The position numbers and the translations under genes were made by a program. Shown here piece after piece: positions 18,614-27,930 of a stretch of 64,000 nucleotides of DNA. The stretch lies in NCBI GenBank assembly GCA_963666565.1, contig OY762911.1, positions 1-64,000 on the forward strand, written 5' to 3'. This DNA is from Thermoanaerobaculia bacterium (GTDB lineage Bacteria; Acidobacteriota; Thermoanaerobaculia; Multivoradales; Multivoraceae). Below the pieces are notes generated by a model. That model did no database searches. It saw only the letters and a program-made list of their open reading frames with translations, and was not told the DNA's origin. Every line of letters starts with the position of its first letter. Position 1 is the stretch's first letter.

Positions 18614-20008
18614 CTACGGCTGGAGAACCGGCACCTTCTGCGAGAACTTGACGCCGCTGATCCGGTCCGTGTTGTCCGCTCGCCGCCTTCGGGTGGGCGG
18701 AAAGTCCTCCGTCTCCTCGATCCAGGCATCGAGCACCCGGCTCAACTGCCGGGCAATCCGCGCGACCTCGGGCCGGCCGGCAAGGTTGACCAGCTCGTGG
18801 GGATCCGCCTCCAGGTCGTAGACCTCGATCGCCGGCCGCGGCGCCTCGAACAGGCGTGCCTGACCCGGCGTCAGCGTTCCCGCCTCACGGCGAGCGGTCA
18901 GGCTGTACCAGGAGGCACTGCGCGAGACGTCGGCCGGCGTGCAGAGCGGCAGTTCCGTGTAGGCATTGCGGATCAGCTTGAAGCGCGGGCCGCGAACCGC
19001 CCGGATGTGCTCGTCGCAGTTGTGCCAGTTGCGCTCGGCGAACACGTACTCGCGCCCGGGCGCCGTCCGGTCGGCCAGGGCGGCCGCGAAGCTGGCGCCG
19101 TGGAAGCCGGCCGGAACCTCGGCCCCCGCCGCCTCGAGCAGCGTCGGCGCGAGGTCGATCACGCTCGTCAGCCCGGCGTAGCGGACCCCGGCGGGCGCCG
19201 CGCCGGGCCACGAGACGATGAGCGGCGTGCGGATGCCGGCGTCGTACGCGGTCGCCTTGGCCCGGGGGAAGGGCGCGCCGTTGTCGCTGAGGAAGACGGC
19301 CAGCGTGTTGTCACGTAGCTCCCGCCGGTCCACCTCCGCCAGCATCCGGCCGATCTCGCCGTCCATGCGGGCGATCTCATCGTAGTAGAGCGCCAGGTCC
19401 TCGCGCGTCGCGGCGTCGTCCACGAGGTAGGGCGGCACCTCGACCGCGGCCGGGTCGTGCGGCGGGTCGGCGGCGCCGGCGGAGTACGGCCGGTGCGGGT
19501 CCCGGAAGCCGACCCAGAGGAAGAACGGCCGCTCGCCCGCCCGGTCGAGGAAGCCGGGCAGCGCCTCCCAGGTGTCCTCCGCGTACCAGTCGAACTGGCT
19601 CTCGCCCTCGGGGCCGTAGTGCGTCTTCCGCATGTGCCCGGTGAAGTAGCCCCGCCGCGCCAGGATGCCCGGCAGCAACTCGACTCCCTCAGGCAGCGGG
19701 CTGTGCAGATCCTCGGCGCCGGTGGCGTGCGGATAGCGGCCCGAGAGAATGCTGATCCGCGACGGGCTGCACGACGCGGTCGTCAGGAACGCGTTCTCGA
19801 ACACCACGCCGGACGCCGCCAGCGCGTCCAGGTTCGGCGTCCGCGCGACCCGGTTGCCGTAGGCGCCGAAATCCGACCAGCCGGCGTCGTCGGCGACGAA
19901 GACGAGGATGTTCGGCCGCTCGGCAGCCTCCGCCGGGCCGGCGGGCAGGAACGACGCCGAGGCCGCGAGCAGCGGGCCGGCCCACACGAGCCGGACGCAG
20001 CCCCGCAT
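18614..20008 (-). CDS. Sulfatase (S1, sulfamidase-like)
   Basis: PNILVFVADD, CSPSR FGly motif, DPHRPY, SDNG.PFPRAK and YDLEADPHELVNLA. Confidence 0.92.
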   Translation of the reverse strand: MRGCVRLVWAGPLLAASASFLPAGPAEAAERPNILVFVADDAGWSDFGAYGNRVARTPNLDALAASGVVFENAFLTTASCSPSRISILSGRYPHATGAEDLHSPLPEGVELLPGILARRGYFTGHMRKTHYGPEGESQFDWYAEDTWEALPGFLDRAGERPFFLWVGFRDPHRPYSAGAADPPHDPAAVEVPPYLVDDAATREDLALYYDEIARMDGEIGRMLAEVDRRELRDNTLAVFLSDNGAPFPRAKATAYDAGIRTPLIVSWPGAAPAGVRYAGLTSVIDLAPTLLEAAGAEVPAGFHGASFAAALADRTAPGREYVFAERNWHNCDEHIRAVRGPRFKLIRNAYTELPLCTPADVSRSASWYSLTARREAGTLTPGQARLFEAPRPAIEVYDLEADPHELVNLAGRPEVARIARQLSRVLDAWIEETEDFPPTRRRRADNTDRISGVKFSQKVPVLQP

Positions 20009-20034
20009 CGTTCGACCGGCCCGGCCGGCGACGA

Positions 20035-21123
20035 CTACTCTCCGCCGCCCGCCGCGGCCATCGCGTCGGCCTCCAGCAGCCGGGCGCCGCGCATCACGTT
20101 GCCGAGCGCGTAGTTCCCCTCGTGGCAGGCGTACTCGAACACCTTGTTGGGCGTCGACCGCCACACGTACTCGCCGCTCCAGGCCGTTTCCCAGACGTTC
20201 GGGTCCTCGACCGTGAAGCCGTAGAGCAGGTTGCCGTCCGGCAGGCGCTGGAAGCGCTCGATCACATGCAGGTCGGCCGTCGCCGAGCCGAGGGCCGGCT
20301 CTTCGCCGAAGTTCGTCGTGTCGACGACCAGGGTGTCGCCTTCCCACCAGCCGATGGAATCGCCCATCCACCGCCGCTCCTCGGCCGGCGCATGCTCGCC
20401 GCCGATGCGCACGACGCGGGCGTCGTGGACCATCTCGATCAGGATCATCACGTGGTTCCCGGTCTGCACGATCCGCTTGTGGTTGTTGTAGAGGGCTGGC
20501 AGCATCGGCGGTCCGCCGGTGGAACTGAAGCCCATCAGGCAACGCTCCGGCAGCGGCCGCTGCTCCATGTTGTCGTAGGGGCCGGAACCGTCCTCGTTCT
20601 CCTCCAGCCACCAGGCGGTGCCGGTGTTCTTGTGGCCGAACGCCGCGAACTGGGCGGCGGCGCGCGCCATGCCCGCCGGCGTCATCTCGGGATGCTGGCC
20701 GTTCGGCGGGTCGGTGATGATGGAGGTTCGCCACTTGCCGTCGATCCTGACGACGTTGTCGCCGGGGTCCATGTAGAAGGCGTTGTAGCCGCCGCTGCCG
20801 CCGGAGGCGACCTCGAGCCCCGGATCGAAGATCGGCGCGCCGCCGACGGGAGGCGCCTCGCGGTTCGGATCGCTGGGCCTGAAGTCCGCCTCGTAGATCT
20901 CCGCCTTGCGGCGCGCGATCGCCGCCGCCTCCTCGTCGGTCAGCGTCAGGCGCTCGCCGAACTCGCGCGGCCGCGTCAGCGGGGTCAGCGTGGCGACGTC
21001 GTAGGCGCCGCTCAGATCCGGCTTGCCGTCGGCCCGCCGGGGAACCTCATCCTGCGCCGCCGCCGCCATCGGCGCGGCCAGCAGGATCGCCAGGCTCAGA
21101 AGAAGGGAACGCTCGAACTTCAT
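20035..21123 (-). CDS. Exported conserved hypothetical protein (DGKPDL...G.WEGDTLV...EYACHEGN family)
   Basis: GAGGAGG RBS, signal peptide; paralogous to 29496-31310 and 31261-32103. Confidence 0.8.
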   Translation of the reverse strand: MKFERSLLLSLAILLAAPMAAAAQDEVPRRADGKPDLSGAYDVATLTPLTRPREFGERLTLTDEEAAAIARRKAEIYEADFRPSDPNREAPPVGGAPIFDPGLEVASGGSGGYNAFYMDPGDNVVRIDGKWRTSIITDPPNGQHPEMTPAGMARAAAQFAAFGHKNTGTAWWLEENEDGSGPYDNMEQRPLPERCLMGFSSTGGPPMLPALYNNHKRIVQTGNHVMILIEMVHDARVVRIGGEHAPAEERRWMGDSIGWWEGDTLVVDTTNFGEEPALGSATADLHVIERFQRLPDGNLLYGFTVEDPNVWETAWSGEYVWRSTPNKVFEYACHEGNYALGNVMRGARLLEADAMAAAGGGE

Positions 21124-21177
21124 CCGCCACCTCCTCGTTCGGTGTGTGGTCAACGCCCCAACGCTACCACTTGCCAA

Positions 21178-21326
21178 GTGCGCGGGCCGGGTGCGCGGGC
21201 TGGGTGCGCGGGTCTTCCGACCCGCACACCGCCGCAGGCGGCCAGAAACCGCGGGCTGGGTGCGCGGGTCTTCTGACCCGCACGCCGCCGCAGGCGGCCA
21301 GAAACGCGCCGGCCGTCAGGCCGGCG
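21178..21326 (+). repeat. REP cluster
   Basis: Repeated TGGGTGCGCGGGTCTT(C/T)GACCCGC plus GCCGGCCGTCAGGCCGGC. Confidence 0.8.
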
Positions 21327-21344
21327 GCGCGTCCCGGTTCCGGC

Positions 21345-21806
21345 TCAGCCCGACGACTCCCGGTCGTCGTACGGCGCGCCGGTGCCGGACGATCCGGCGA
21401 ACAGCCGGCGGCCGTCGGGCAGCGTCACGTCGCGGCCGTTGGCGCGCGGGGCACCGTCGATAGCCTGGTAGCCCTCGACCAACACCTCGGTGCCCGGAGC
21501 GACCGAGTTCTTCTTCCAGCCGCGCCGAACCAGGGCGCCCGGCGGGCCGCACTCGACCATCCAGGCGGTAACCGCGCCGTCGTCGTCCGTCACGTCGATG
21601 TGGATCCAGGCGTGCGGGTTCACCCACTCGACCTTCGTCACCTTGCCGCGCAGCCGCACCGGCTTCGTGGCGTCGAACTCGGCCGCAAAGGCGTGGTGCG
21701 CGGCGGCTGGCTCGGGCGGCGCAACGAGAACCAAGGCCGCGGCCAGAGCGAAACCGAGGGCCGGAAAGGCCGCGCGGGCGAGAGATCGCGTCGTGTACAT
21801 GGGCAT
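21345..21806 (-). CDS. DUF6152 family exported protein
   Basis: AHHAFAAEFD, G.VT.VEW.NPH..I.IDV, W..E.G.P..L.R.GW and DGR signature. Confidence 0.85.
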   Translation of the reverse strand: MPMYTTRSLARAAFPALGFALAAALVLVAPPEPAAAHHAFAAEFDATKPVRLRGKVTKVEWVNPHAWIHIDVTDDDGAVTAWMVECGPPGALVRRGWKKNSVAPGTEVLVEGYQAIDGAPRANGRDVTLPDGRRLFAGSSGTGAPYDDRESSG

Positions 21807-21922
21807 CGTCCTGCTTGCTGCTGCCTGTTGCTGTATGTCGCGGCGGGACGGCTACCCTACCACCGGCGCGGCGGCGTGGCGGCGCTGTCTCGCTGCGTGG
21901 CGGCGCTACAACCGCCGAGGGC

Positions 21923-22016
21923 GCTGGGTGCGCGGGTCTTCCGACCCGCCCACGGGGCGAAGCCGCGGAGCGGCGCAGCCCGAAGGAAAGGGCCGCCGGC
22001 CGGAGGCCGGCGACCA
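21923..22016 (+). repeat. REP plus ~95-bp associated module
   Basis: Homologous to 18454-18541 and to the reverse complements of 13963-14055 and 33963-34055. Confidence 0.8.
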
Positions 22017-22050
22017 TAGCCGGCGCCCGCGACCGTCCAATCTTCCGCGG

Positions 22051-23092
22051 CTACGGCGTTGCGTCCGGAACGGACGGCGGCGCCTCGACCCGGCGAAGGA
22101 AGTCCTCCGCGTCGCTGCAACGCACGGCGGCCGTGACCAGTCCGGTCCTGTCCGCCGATGGACCGAGGCCGGCCAGCCAGGCGTCGACCACCGCGGTCAC
22201 TGGAACGCCTCGGCCTTCGAGCGTCCCCCTGATCAGGAGTCGAGCCTCCTCCAACCGGCCCTGCACCACGCCCTCGGCACGGCCCTGCACCACACCCTCG
22301 GCGCGGCCCTGGACGAGGCCTTCCTTCCGGCTCTCCGCGCGCTCAGCGCCTAGGAACGCGTCGTCGTCGGGGCCGGTGCCTTCGGCCATGCCCATCCGAC
22401 GGCCAACCCGCCGCACCGCCGCCACGGTCTCCTCCGACCTCGTCTCCTCGTTCAGCGCCCGGTGGATCTCCGCCGCTTGCCAACCCGGGAAGGCCCGGCC
22501 TGACGGCCGATTCGACGTAGCCGTCCCCCTGCAGCAGGTAGATCGTCAACCGCGGCCGGCCCGAAGTCCGCGGCGCCATCCATGCCGGCGACGGCACCTC
22601 CACCCACACCTCGGGAAAGGCCCAGTTGGCATAGACCTCCAGCCTACGCCGCCGGACATCCGTCGTGTGGTCCACTTCGAGGATCACGTCGGGCAGCGGG
22701 CCGACGTCGACGTCGATCGCCTTGTCGCGTGGCCAGGGCCGGCGCAGGAAGTACGTCTCGTCGGCCTGCATCAGGACTTCCCGCACGCCGTGCTCGTCGA
22801 ACTGGACCAGATCCGTCGAGCCGAGGGCCAGAATCTCCGAACCCCGGACCATCGCGATCTCGCGGATCAACTCGCCAAGCCCGCGCGACGGTACTTCGTG
22901 ATAGGCGGTCGTCGGCTCCGCCACCACGATCGCGGTGGAAGTACGGGCCTCCCAGTACTCGATCCGACCGTCGTAGTCGGCGAGCTCCTCCGCCGTCATC
23001 GAGACGGCGACGCAGCCCGGAAAGTCGCGCGGGTCCAGATCCCGCGCGGGCTCGCGCGGCTTGGACGGGCGCTTGGGGAGGGGATCGGCCAT
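22051..23092 (-). pseudogene. Uma2-like (PD-(D/E)XK) endonuclease-fold protein with +1 frameshift near 22500
   Basis: GRIEYWE, EPT..YHE, QADET, PDVILEVD.TTDV and FPEVWVE; a coherent continuation (RAFPGWQAAEIHRALNE...RAEG repeats) lies in a shifted frame. Confidence 0.7.
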
Positions 23093-23131
23093 GGCGAGCA
23101 ATGTATCGTCCGCTGGCCCCTGGTAGCCGCC

Positions 23132-23527
23132 ATGAAGACACTGAAGATCGGCATCGCCACATACGACGAGATGAAGGCGCGCACCATGGCGATCGCCCGT
23201 GGCGACTACAAGCCGGCCAAGGGCGAACCAAAGGTCTGGTTCACGTCCCTTGAGAGCTTCGCCAAGGTGCTTTCCGAGCGAAATCGCGAACTGCTCGCGC
23301 TCATCGCTCAGCGAAGGCCCGACTCGCTAACTGAGTTGGCGGTGCTCACGGGCAGAAACAAGTCGAATCTCTCCCGCACCCTGAAGACGATGTCACGCTA
23401 CGGACTCGTGGAACTGGACAGGGGCCAGCGCGGCAAGCTGATCCCGCACGTACCGTACGAGCAGGTGAGACTGGACATGTCGTTGATCTCATCCCGGCCG
23501 GCGGCCATGATCACTGGCAACGACTGA
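23132..23527 (+). CDS. HTH (MarR-like) regulator / antitoxin-type protein
   Basis: KIGIA..., WFTSLESFAKVLS..NRELL and SLTELA..TGR.KSNLSRTLKTM..YGLVEL HTH pattern. Confidence 0.85.
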   Translation: MKTLKIGIATYDEMKARTMAIARGDYKPAKGEPKVWFTSLESFAKVLSERNRELLALIAQRRPDSLTELAVLTGRNKSNLSRTLKTMSRYGLVELDRGQRGKLIPHVPYEQVRLDMSLISSRPAAMITGND

Positions 23528-23648
23528 GAGCCGCCAGCACGCCGCCAGGTAGCTCAAGGGCACGCCAACCGACCGACCGCCGAACCGGAACCTCCGCCCC
23601 GCGCTACACTCGCTGGCCTTCCGGCGACACGTCCAAGGAGCGACGCGA

Positions 23649-26147
23649 ATGAAGGAGATGTTCGACTGGGTACCCTGGTTCAACGAACTGGCGAAGAAGA
23701 TCGCTGACGGAGGCCAGCAGTACCTGGACGATCGAGCGAGGGAGGTGATCTGGCACGGCGAGTCACCGCTGCCCAACGCCGATGCCATCGATCCCCTGCT
23801 CTTCATCACCGTCGTCGCGAACGAAAGCGAGAAGACCGACCGCCGCGGCCGCGTCTTCGCGAGTCTGGCTGAGGTCTTCGAGATCCACCCGCTGCAGACC
23901 GACGATTCTCGCGACGTCTGGCACCTTCCCCGCCCCATTAGCCTGTTCGAGTACGGAGATTCCGACAATCCCGTCAACAGGCACCTCGTTTGGCGGTTTC
24001 TGAAAGACGCGGTCGCGGGTTCACTCGACGCCGAGACGTTCGAGTCCGTCGGCAGCCGCCTGCGCGGCATCAACTGGGCCAAGCTCACGACGACGCTGTT
24101 CCTCGTTGACGGGGCCGCCTACCTGCGCCTGTCCAAGAACTATCCCACTGCCTACGGCGTCAGCGAGGTGGTCGGCGCGCCGAACTGGAACACCTACCAG
24201 TCCCGAATCGCAGAGGCGAAAGCCAACTTCCCCGGCTGCGAGACCTACGAAGTCGAGATGTTCGCGCGTCTGCACTCCTCCGGCGCAGCGGCCCTCGTCC
24301 CAGACCTCCTGCTGAGTTCGCGGAGCGGAGGCGGCTGGTTCCTGGCCGCGCGCCCGGACCGCTGCTGGGTTGCTTCGTGCGGGACACAGGCAGACGACCA
24401 ATGGAGGGAGTTTCGCGAGCACAACTGGGTGCGCGTCGAGAACAGCGCCGAGTATCCGGTAGACGAGCCCCAGCCAGGCGAGGTCGTGCTGGCCCGGTTC
24501 GGAAACAGCGGCCCGGGAATCGGCCTCGTGTACAGGAACGACTATGGCGAGGAACGGAAGCCGGACGGGCGAATCCACGTCCTCTGGCTGAACAAGAGCT
24601 CCTGCGAACTTGAGGGACCCGTGCAGCCACGAGCGTTCGACAAGGCTTCGACGCGGGTAGTAGAGGCCTACCGTCAGCCCGCCGAGTACGCTCCGACCTG
24701 GCATGTGCTCGACGGGATTGCGTACCGTCGAGAGGTCGAAGTGGCACTGGCCAAAGACCGTCGCGAACTCGGCGAAGTATGGCGGCGACTCAACGCCGGA
24801 GAGAAGATCTCCGATATCCGGGCGACCAAGGGCAACGCCCATACGATCCGTCAGATCCACCGGCTCCTACTGGAGGGTCGCGTTCCCGAGGCCCCTTCGA
24901 TCAGGAAGGCCGCTTCGCGCTCGGTCGCGAGATTCGCTCGCGAGCACGAAGACGAATTCTCCGAGGCGACGGAGGAGAAACTGGCTGATCTCGTAGCGAA
25001 GTGCAGCGAAGGACGTCCCTCGCCGAGCGACGAGAGCGAGTCGATTCCGGAGGATGACCCTTCGTCAGGGTCGACTTCCCCGCGCCTGGTGAAGCACCAC
25101 CGCAATCGAATCCTGTACGGACCGCCCGGGACCGGAAAAACGTATGCAACCGTCAGCCATGCAATCGCCACAGTCGATGGGGCTCATGTCAGGGAGGTCA
25201 CCGACGCAGACAAGGAGCTACACCGAGACCTCTTGTCCGAAGGCCGGCTCGGCATGGTGACCTTCCACCAGAACTACTCCTACGAGGACTTCGTCGAAGG
25301 CATTCGCCCGAAGCTCGTCGAACCGGACGACCGGAACGGCGATGTGGAGATGATGGAGGCGGCGGAAGCGCAGGCTTCACCCGATCTGGCCTACGAGTTG
25401 AAGCACGGCGTCTTCCGCAGGATCTGCGCGGCGGCCGACCGCGAGCGGCGGGCAGCGAGGAACGAGGGTCGGGAACCGGAGCGGTTCGTCCTCGTCATCG
25501 ACGAGATCAACCGTGGGAACATCCCGAAGATCTTCGGCGAACTCATCACGTTGATCGAGGACTCCAGGCGGCTCGGAGAGGACGACGCGACCACGGTCAC
25601 GCTTCCCTACTCGGGCGACGACTTCGGCGTTCCGGGCAACCTCTACATCGTCGGCACGATGAACACCGCCGACCGCTCCATTCAGCAGCTTGACACCGCG
25701 CTGCGACGCCGCTTCAGCTTCGTCGAGATGATGCCCGATCCTGACCACGATCTCGTCCCCGAGGATCTGGCCGGCGTGAACTGCCGGACGATGCTGCGCG
25801 CAATGAACGAGCGCATTGCGCTGCTCATGGACCGCGAGCACGAGATCGGACACACGTACTTGCTCAAGGTCGAGTCGATCGAGGACCTTGCCGACCGATT
25901 TCGGAACCGGATCTTCCCGCTCCTGCAGGAGTACTTCTACGACGACTGGAGGCGAATCGACGCCGTGCTTGCCGGCAACGCCTTCGTCCAGAAGGCTAAG
26001 GCAGGCGACGGCTACTCGAAGCGACTCATCGAGGAGCTCGACCTCTTTGACGAGGATCGGACGATCTACTCGCGCCTCCCGGACGACAATCCGGCTTGGA
26101 CAGACGCCGGGGAGTACCAGAAGATCTACGAACCGAAGAACGGCTGA
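23649..26147 (+). CDS. mcrB: McrB-family AAA+ GTPase, copy 1 (long N-terminal region)
   Basis: AAGGAG RBS; ILYGPPGTGKT, VTFHQNYSYEDFVEG, IDEINRGN, GTMNTADRS and ALRRRF. Confidence 0.92.
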   Translation: MKEMFDWVPWFNELAKKIADGGQQYLDDRAREVIWHGESPLPNADAIDPLLFITVVANESEKTDRRGRVFASLAEVFEIHPLQTDDSRDVWHLPRPISLFEYGDSDNPVNRHLVWRFLKDAVAGSLDAETFESVGSRLRGINWAKLTTTLFLVDGAAYLRLSKNYPTAYGVSEVVGAPNWNTYQSRIAEAKANFPGCETYEVEMFARLHSSGAAALVPDLLLSSRSGGGWFLAARPDRCWVASCGTQADDQWREFREHNWVRVENSAEYPVDEPQPGEVVLARFGNSGPGIGLVYRNDYGEERKPDGRIHVLWLNKSSCELEGPVQPRAFDKASTRVVEAYRQPAEYAPTWHVLDGIAYRREVEVALAKDRRELGEVWRRLNAGEKISDIRATKGNAHTIRQIHRLLLEGRVPEAPSIRKAASRSVARFAREHEDEFSEATEEKLADLVAKCSEGRPSPSDESESIPEDDPSSGSTSPRLVKHHRNRILYGPPGTGKTYATVSHAIATVDGAHVREVTDADKELHRDLLSEGRLGMVTFHQNYSYEDFVEGIRPKLVEPDDRNGDVEMMEAAEAQASPDLAYELKHGVFRRICAAADRERRAARNEGREPERFVLVIDEINRGNIPKIFGELITLIEDSRRLGEDDATTVTLPYSGDDFGVPGNLYIVGTMNTADRSIQQLDTALRRRFSFVEMMPDPDHDLVPEDLAGVNCRTMLRAMNERIALLMDREHEIGHTYLLKVESIEDLADRFRNRIFPLLQEYFYDDWRRIDAVLAGNAFVQKAKAGDGYSKRLIEELDLFDEDRTIYSRLPDDNPAWTDAGEYQKIYEPKNG

Positions 26148-26149
26148 CG

Positions 26150-26275
26150 ATGCCCTTGCCCGACACCGCCGAACACATGCGGACGACGGCCTCCCCGTTC
26201 GGCGATTCCGCGTCCTTTGGGCGTGCCATGGCCAAGCTGACCCGGACAAGACCCGAACTGCGAAGGAGACGCTAG
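26150..26275 (+). other. 41-codon remnant ORF starting like mcrC (duplication scar)
   Basis: MPLPDTAE matches the McrC start MPPADTAE at the same 2-nt spacing after the mcrB stop. Confidence 0.55.
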
Positions 26276-26278
26276 CGG

Positions 26279-27928
26279 ATGCGCAAGGACATGGAGCTCT
26301 GGTCCGAGTTCCTGGGGGTCTGGTCACCGGACCGGGTCCGTGGCATGTCTCTGGAGGAGTACACCAATCTCAATCGGGATGACGCCTTCTCCTACTGGCT
26401 TGAGCAGAGGACCAAGTCCCTTGGTGACATCCGGGGAGGATCGGCCTTCAAGTTCGGCATCTTCCGCCAGGCCAAGAAGGAGACGAAGGCACCCAAGGGC
26501 GCCATCATGGCGCGTGACGAGTACGCCTGGATGCGCAAGTACGGCGGCACGCCAGAGGCGGCTTATGCCGAGGTGCGGTCTCGACTGACCCACGTACTCG
26601 ACGCGGTCAGGTCGGGGGACCTCCAAGCGGTTGAGAGGGTCGACTTTTCTCCCACCGTCAAGTGGAAGGTCGCTTTTCTCTATCAGGCCCGGGACGATCC
26701 CAAACTCCTGGCGATCTACTCAGAGACCCTGCTGAGGGCTTGCCACGGCGAGGTATTCCCGGATGCGGAAGAGAGGCCTTTGCGCCAACAACACGCGGCG
26801 CTGATTGAACGCTACTCAGGACTGGGCGACATCCTCGACATAAGCCGGAAGATCTGGACCGATCATCGGGCGTCCGACGACAGGCCCAAGGCATCCCATC
26901 CTCGCAACCGGATCCTCTATGGGCCACCGGGAACCGGCAAGACATACAGCACCGTCAACCATGCGCTGGCGATCATCGACGGCGTCAAGCCCACTCCCGA
27001 AGTTGCTGAGCCGGACCGGCAGCGGTTCCGCCGCCTCGGTTTCGAGCATGCTGCCGATTCGGCACCGGCTCGGGGACGCATCGCCATGGTGACCTTCCAC
27101 CAGAACTACGCCTATGAAGACTTCGTGGAGGGCATCCGGCCACGGCTCGACAGCACGAACAACACCGTGAACGGGGCGTCCTCTGGCGGAGAGCTCGGTT
27201 ACGAACTTCGGCCGGGGATCTTCAGGGAGATCTGCGAGTCAGCCATGGCCGCCGACGAAGAGCGCTTCGTCCTGATCATCGACGAGATCAACCGCGGCAA
27301 CATTCCGAAGATCTTCGGCGAACTGATCACGCTCATCGAGGATTCGCGACGGCTTGGCGCGACTGACGAGACCAGAGTGACGCTGCCCTACTCGGGCGAT
27401 GACTTCGGCGTTCCGGACAACCTCTACATTATCGGCACGATGAATACGGCCGACCGCTCCATTCAACAACTCGACACGGCGCTGCGGCGCCGCTTCACGT
27501 TCGTCGAGATGATGCCCAATCCGGAGCACCCTCTGGTATCCGAGAACGTAGCCGGGGTGAACTGCCGGCGAATGCTGCGCGCGATGAACGAACGCATCGC
27601 GCTCCTCCTGGACCGCGAGCACCAGATCGGCCACACGTACCTACTCAACGTGGAGTCGATCGAGGATCTCGGCGACCGGTTCCGGAACCGGATCTTCCCG
27701 CTCCTGCAGGAGTACTTCTACGACGACTGGCGGCGCATCGGCGCCGTCCTTGGCGGCAACGCCTTCGTCCAGGAAGCCAACGCAGGCGACGGCCGCTCGA
27801 AGACGTTGATCGAGGAGTTCGACCTCGTCGACCAAGGCCGGGTGATCCACGAGCGCCTCCCAAACGACGACCCGGCTTGGAACACAGCCGAGGAGTACCA
27901 GAGGATCTACGAACCGAAGAGCGGCTGA
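26279..27928 (+). CDS. mcrB: McrB-family AAA+ GTPase, copy 2 (different N-terminal domain)
   Basis: AAGGAG RBS; intact GPPGTGKT, IDEINRGN and NTADRS; N-terminus YWLE..T..LG.IRGGSAFKFGIF. Confidence 0.92.
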   Translation: MRKDMELWSEFLGVWSPDRVRGMSLEEYTNLNRDDAFSYWLEQRTKSLGDIRGGSAFKFGIFRQAKKETKAPKGAIMARDEYAWMRKYGGTPEAAYAEVRSRLTHVLDAVRSGDLQAVERVDFSPTVKWKVAFLYQARDDPKLLAIYSETLLRACHGEVFPDAEERPLRQQHAALIERYSGLGDILDISRKIWTDHRASDDRPKASHPRNRILYGPPGTGKTYSTVNHALAIIDGVKPTPEVAEPDRQRFRRLGFEHAADSAPARGRIAMVTFHQNYAYEDFVEGIRPRLDSTNNTVNGASSGGELGYELRPGIFREICESAMAADEERFVLIIDEINRGNIPKIFGELITLIEDSRRLGATDETRVTLPYSGDDFGVPDNLYIIGTMNTADRSIQQLDTALRRRFTFVEMMPNPEHPLVSENVAGVNCRRMLRAMNERIALLLDREHQIGHTYLLNVESIEDLGDRFRNRIFPLLQEYFYDDWRRIGAVLGGNAFVQEANAGDGRSKTLIEEFDLVDQGRVIHERLPNDDPAWNTAEEYQRIYEPKSG

Positions 27929-27930
27929 CT

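Noticed and set aside
21815-23131. N-terminal 440 aa of the 570-aa ORF
   Set aside because: Antisense to the Uma2-like gene and crosses a REP; only 23132-23527 looks like a real protein
25480-27928. DGR template/variable repeat pair in the mcrB C-termini
   Set aside because: Differences are not adenine-specific, both copies are coding, and there is no reverse transcriptase
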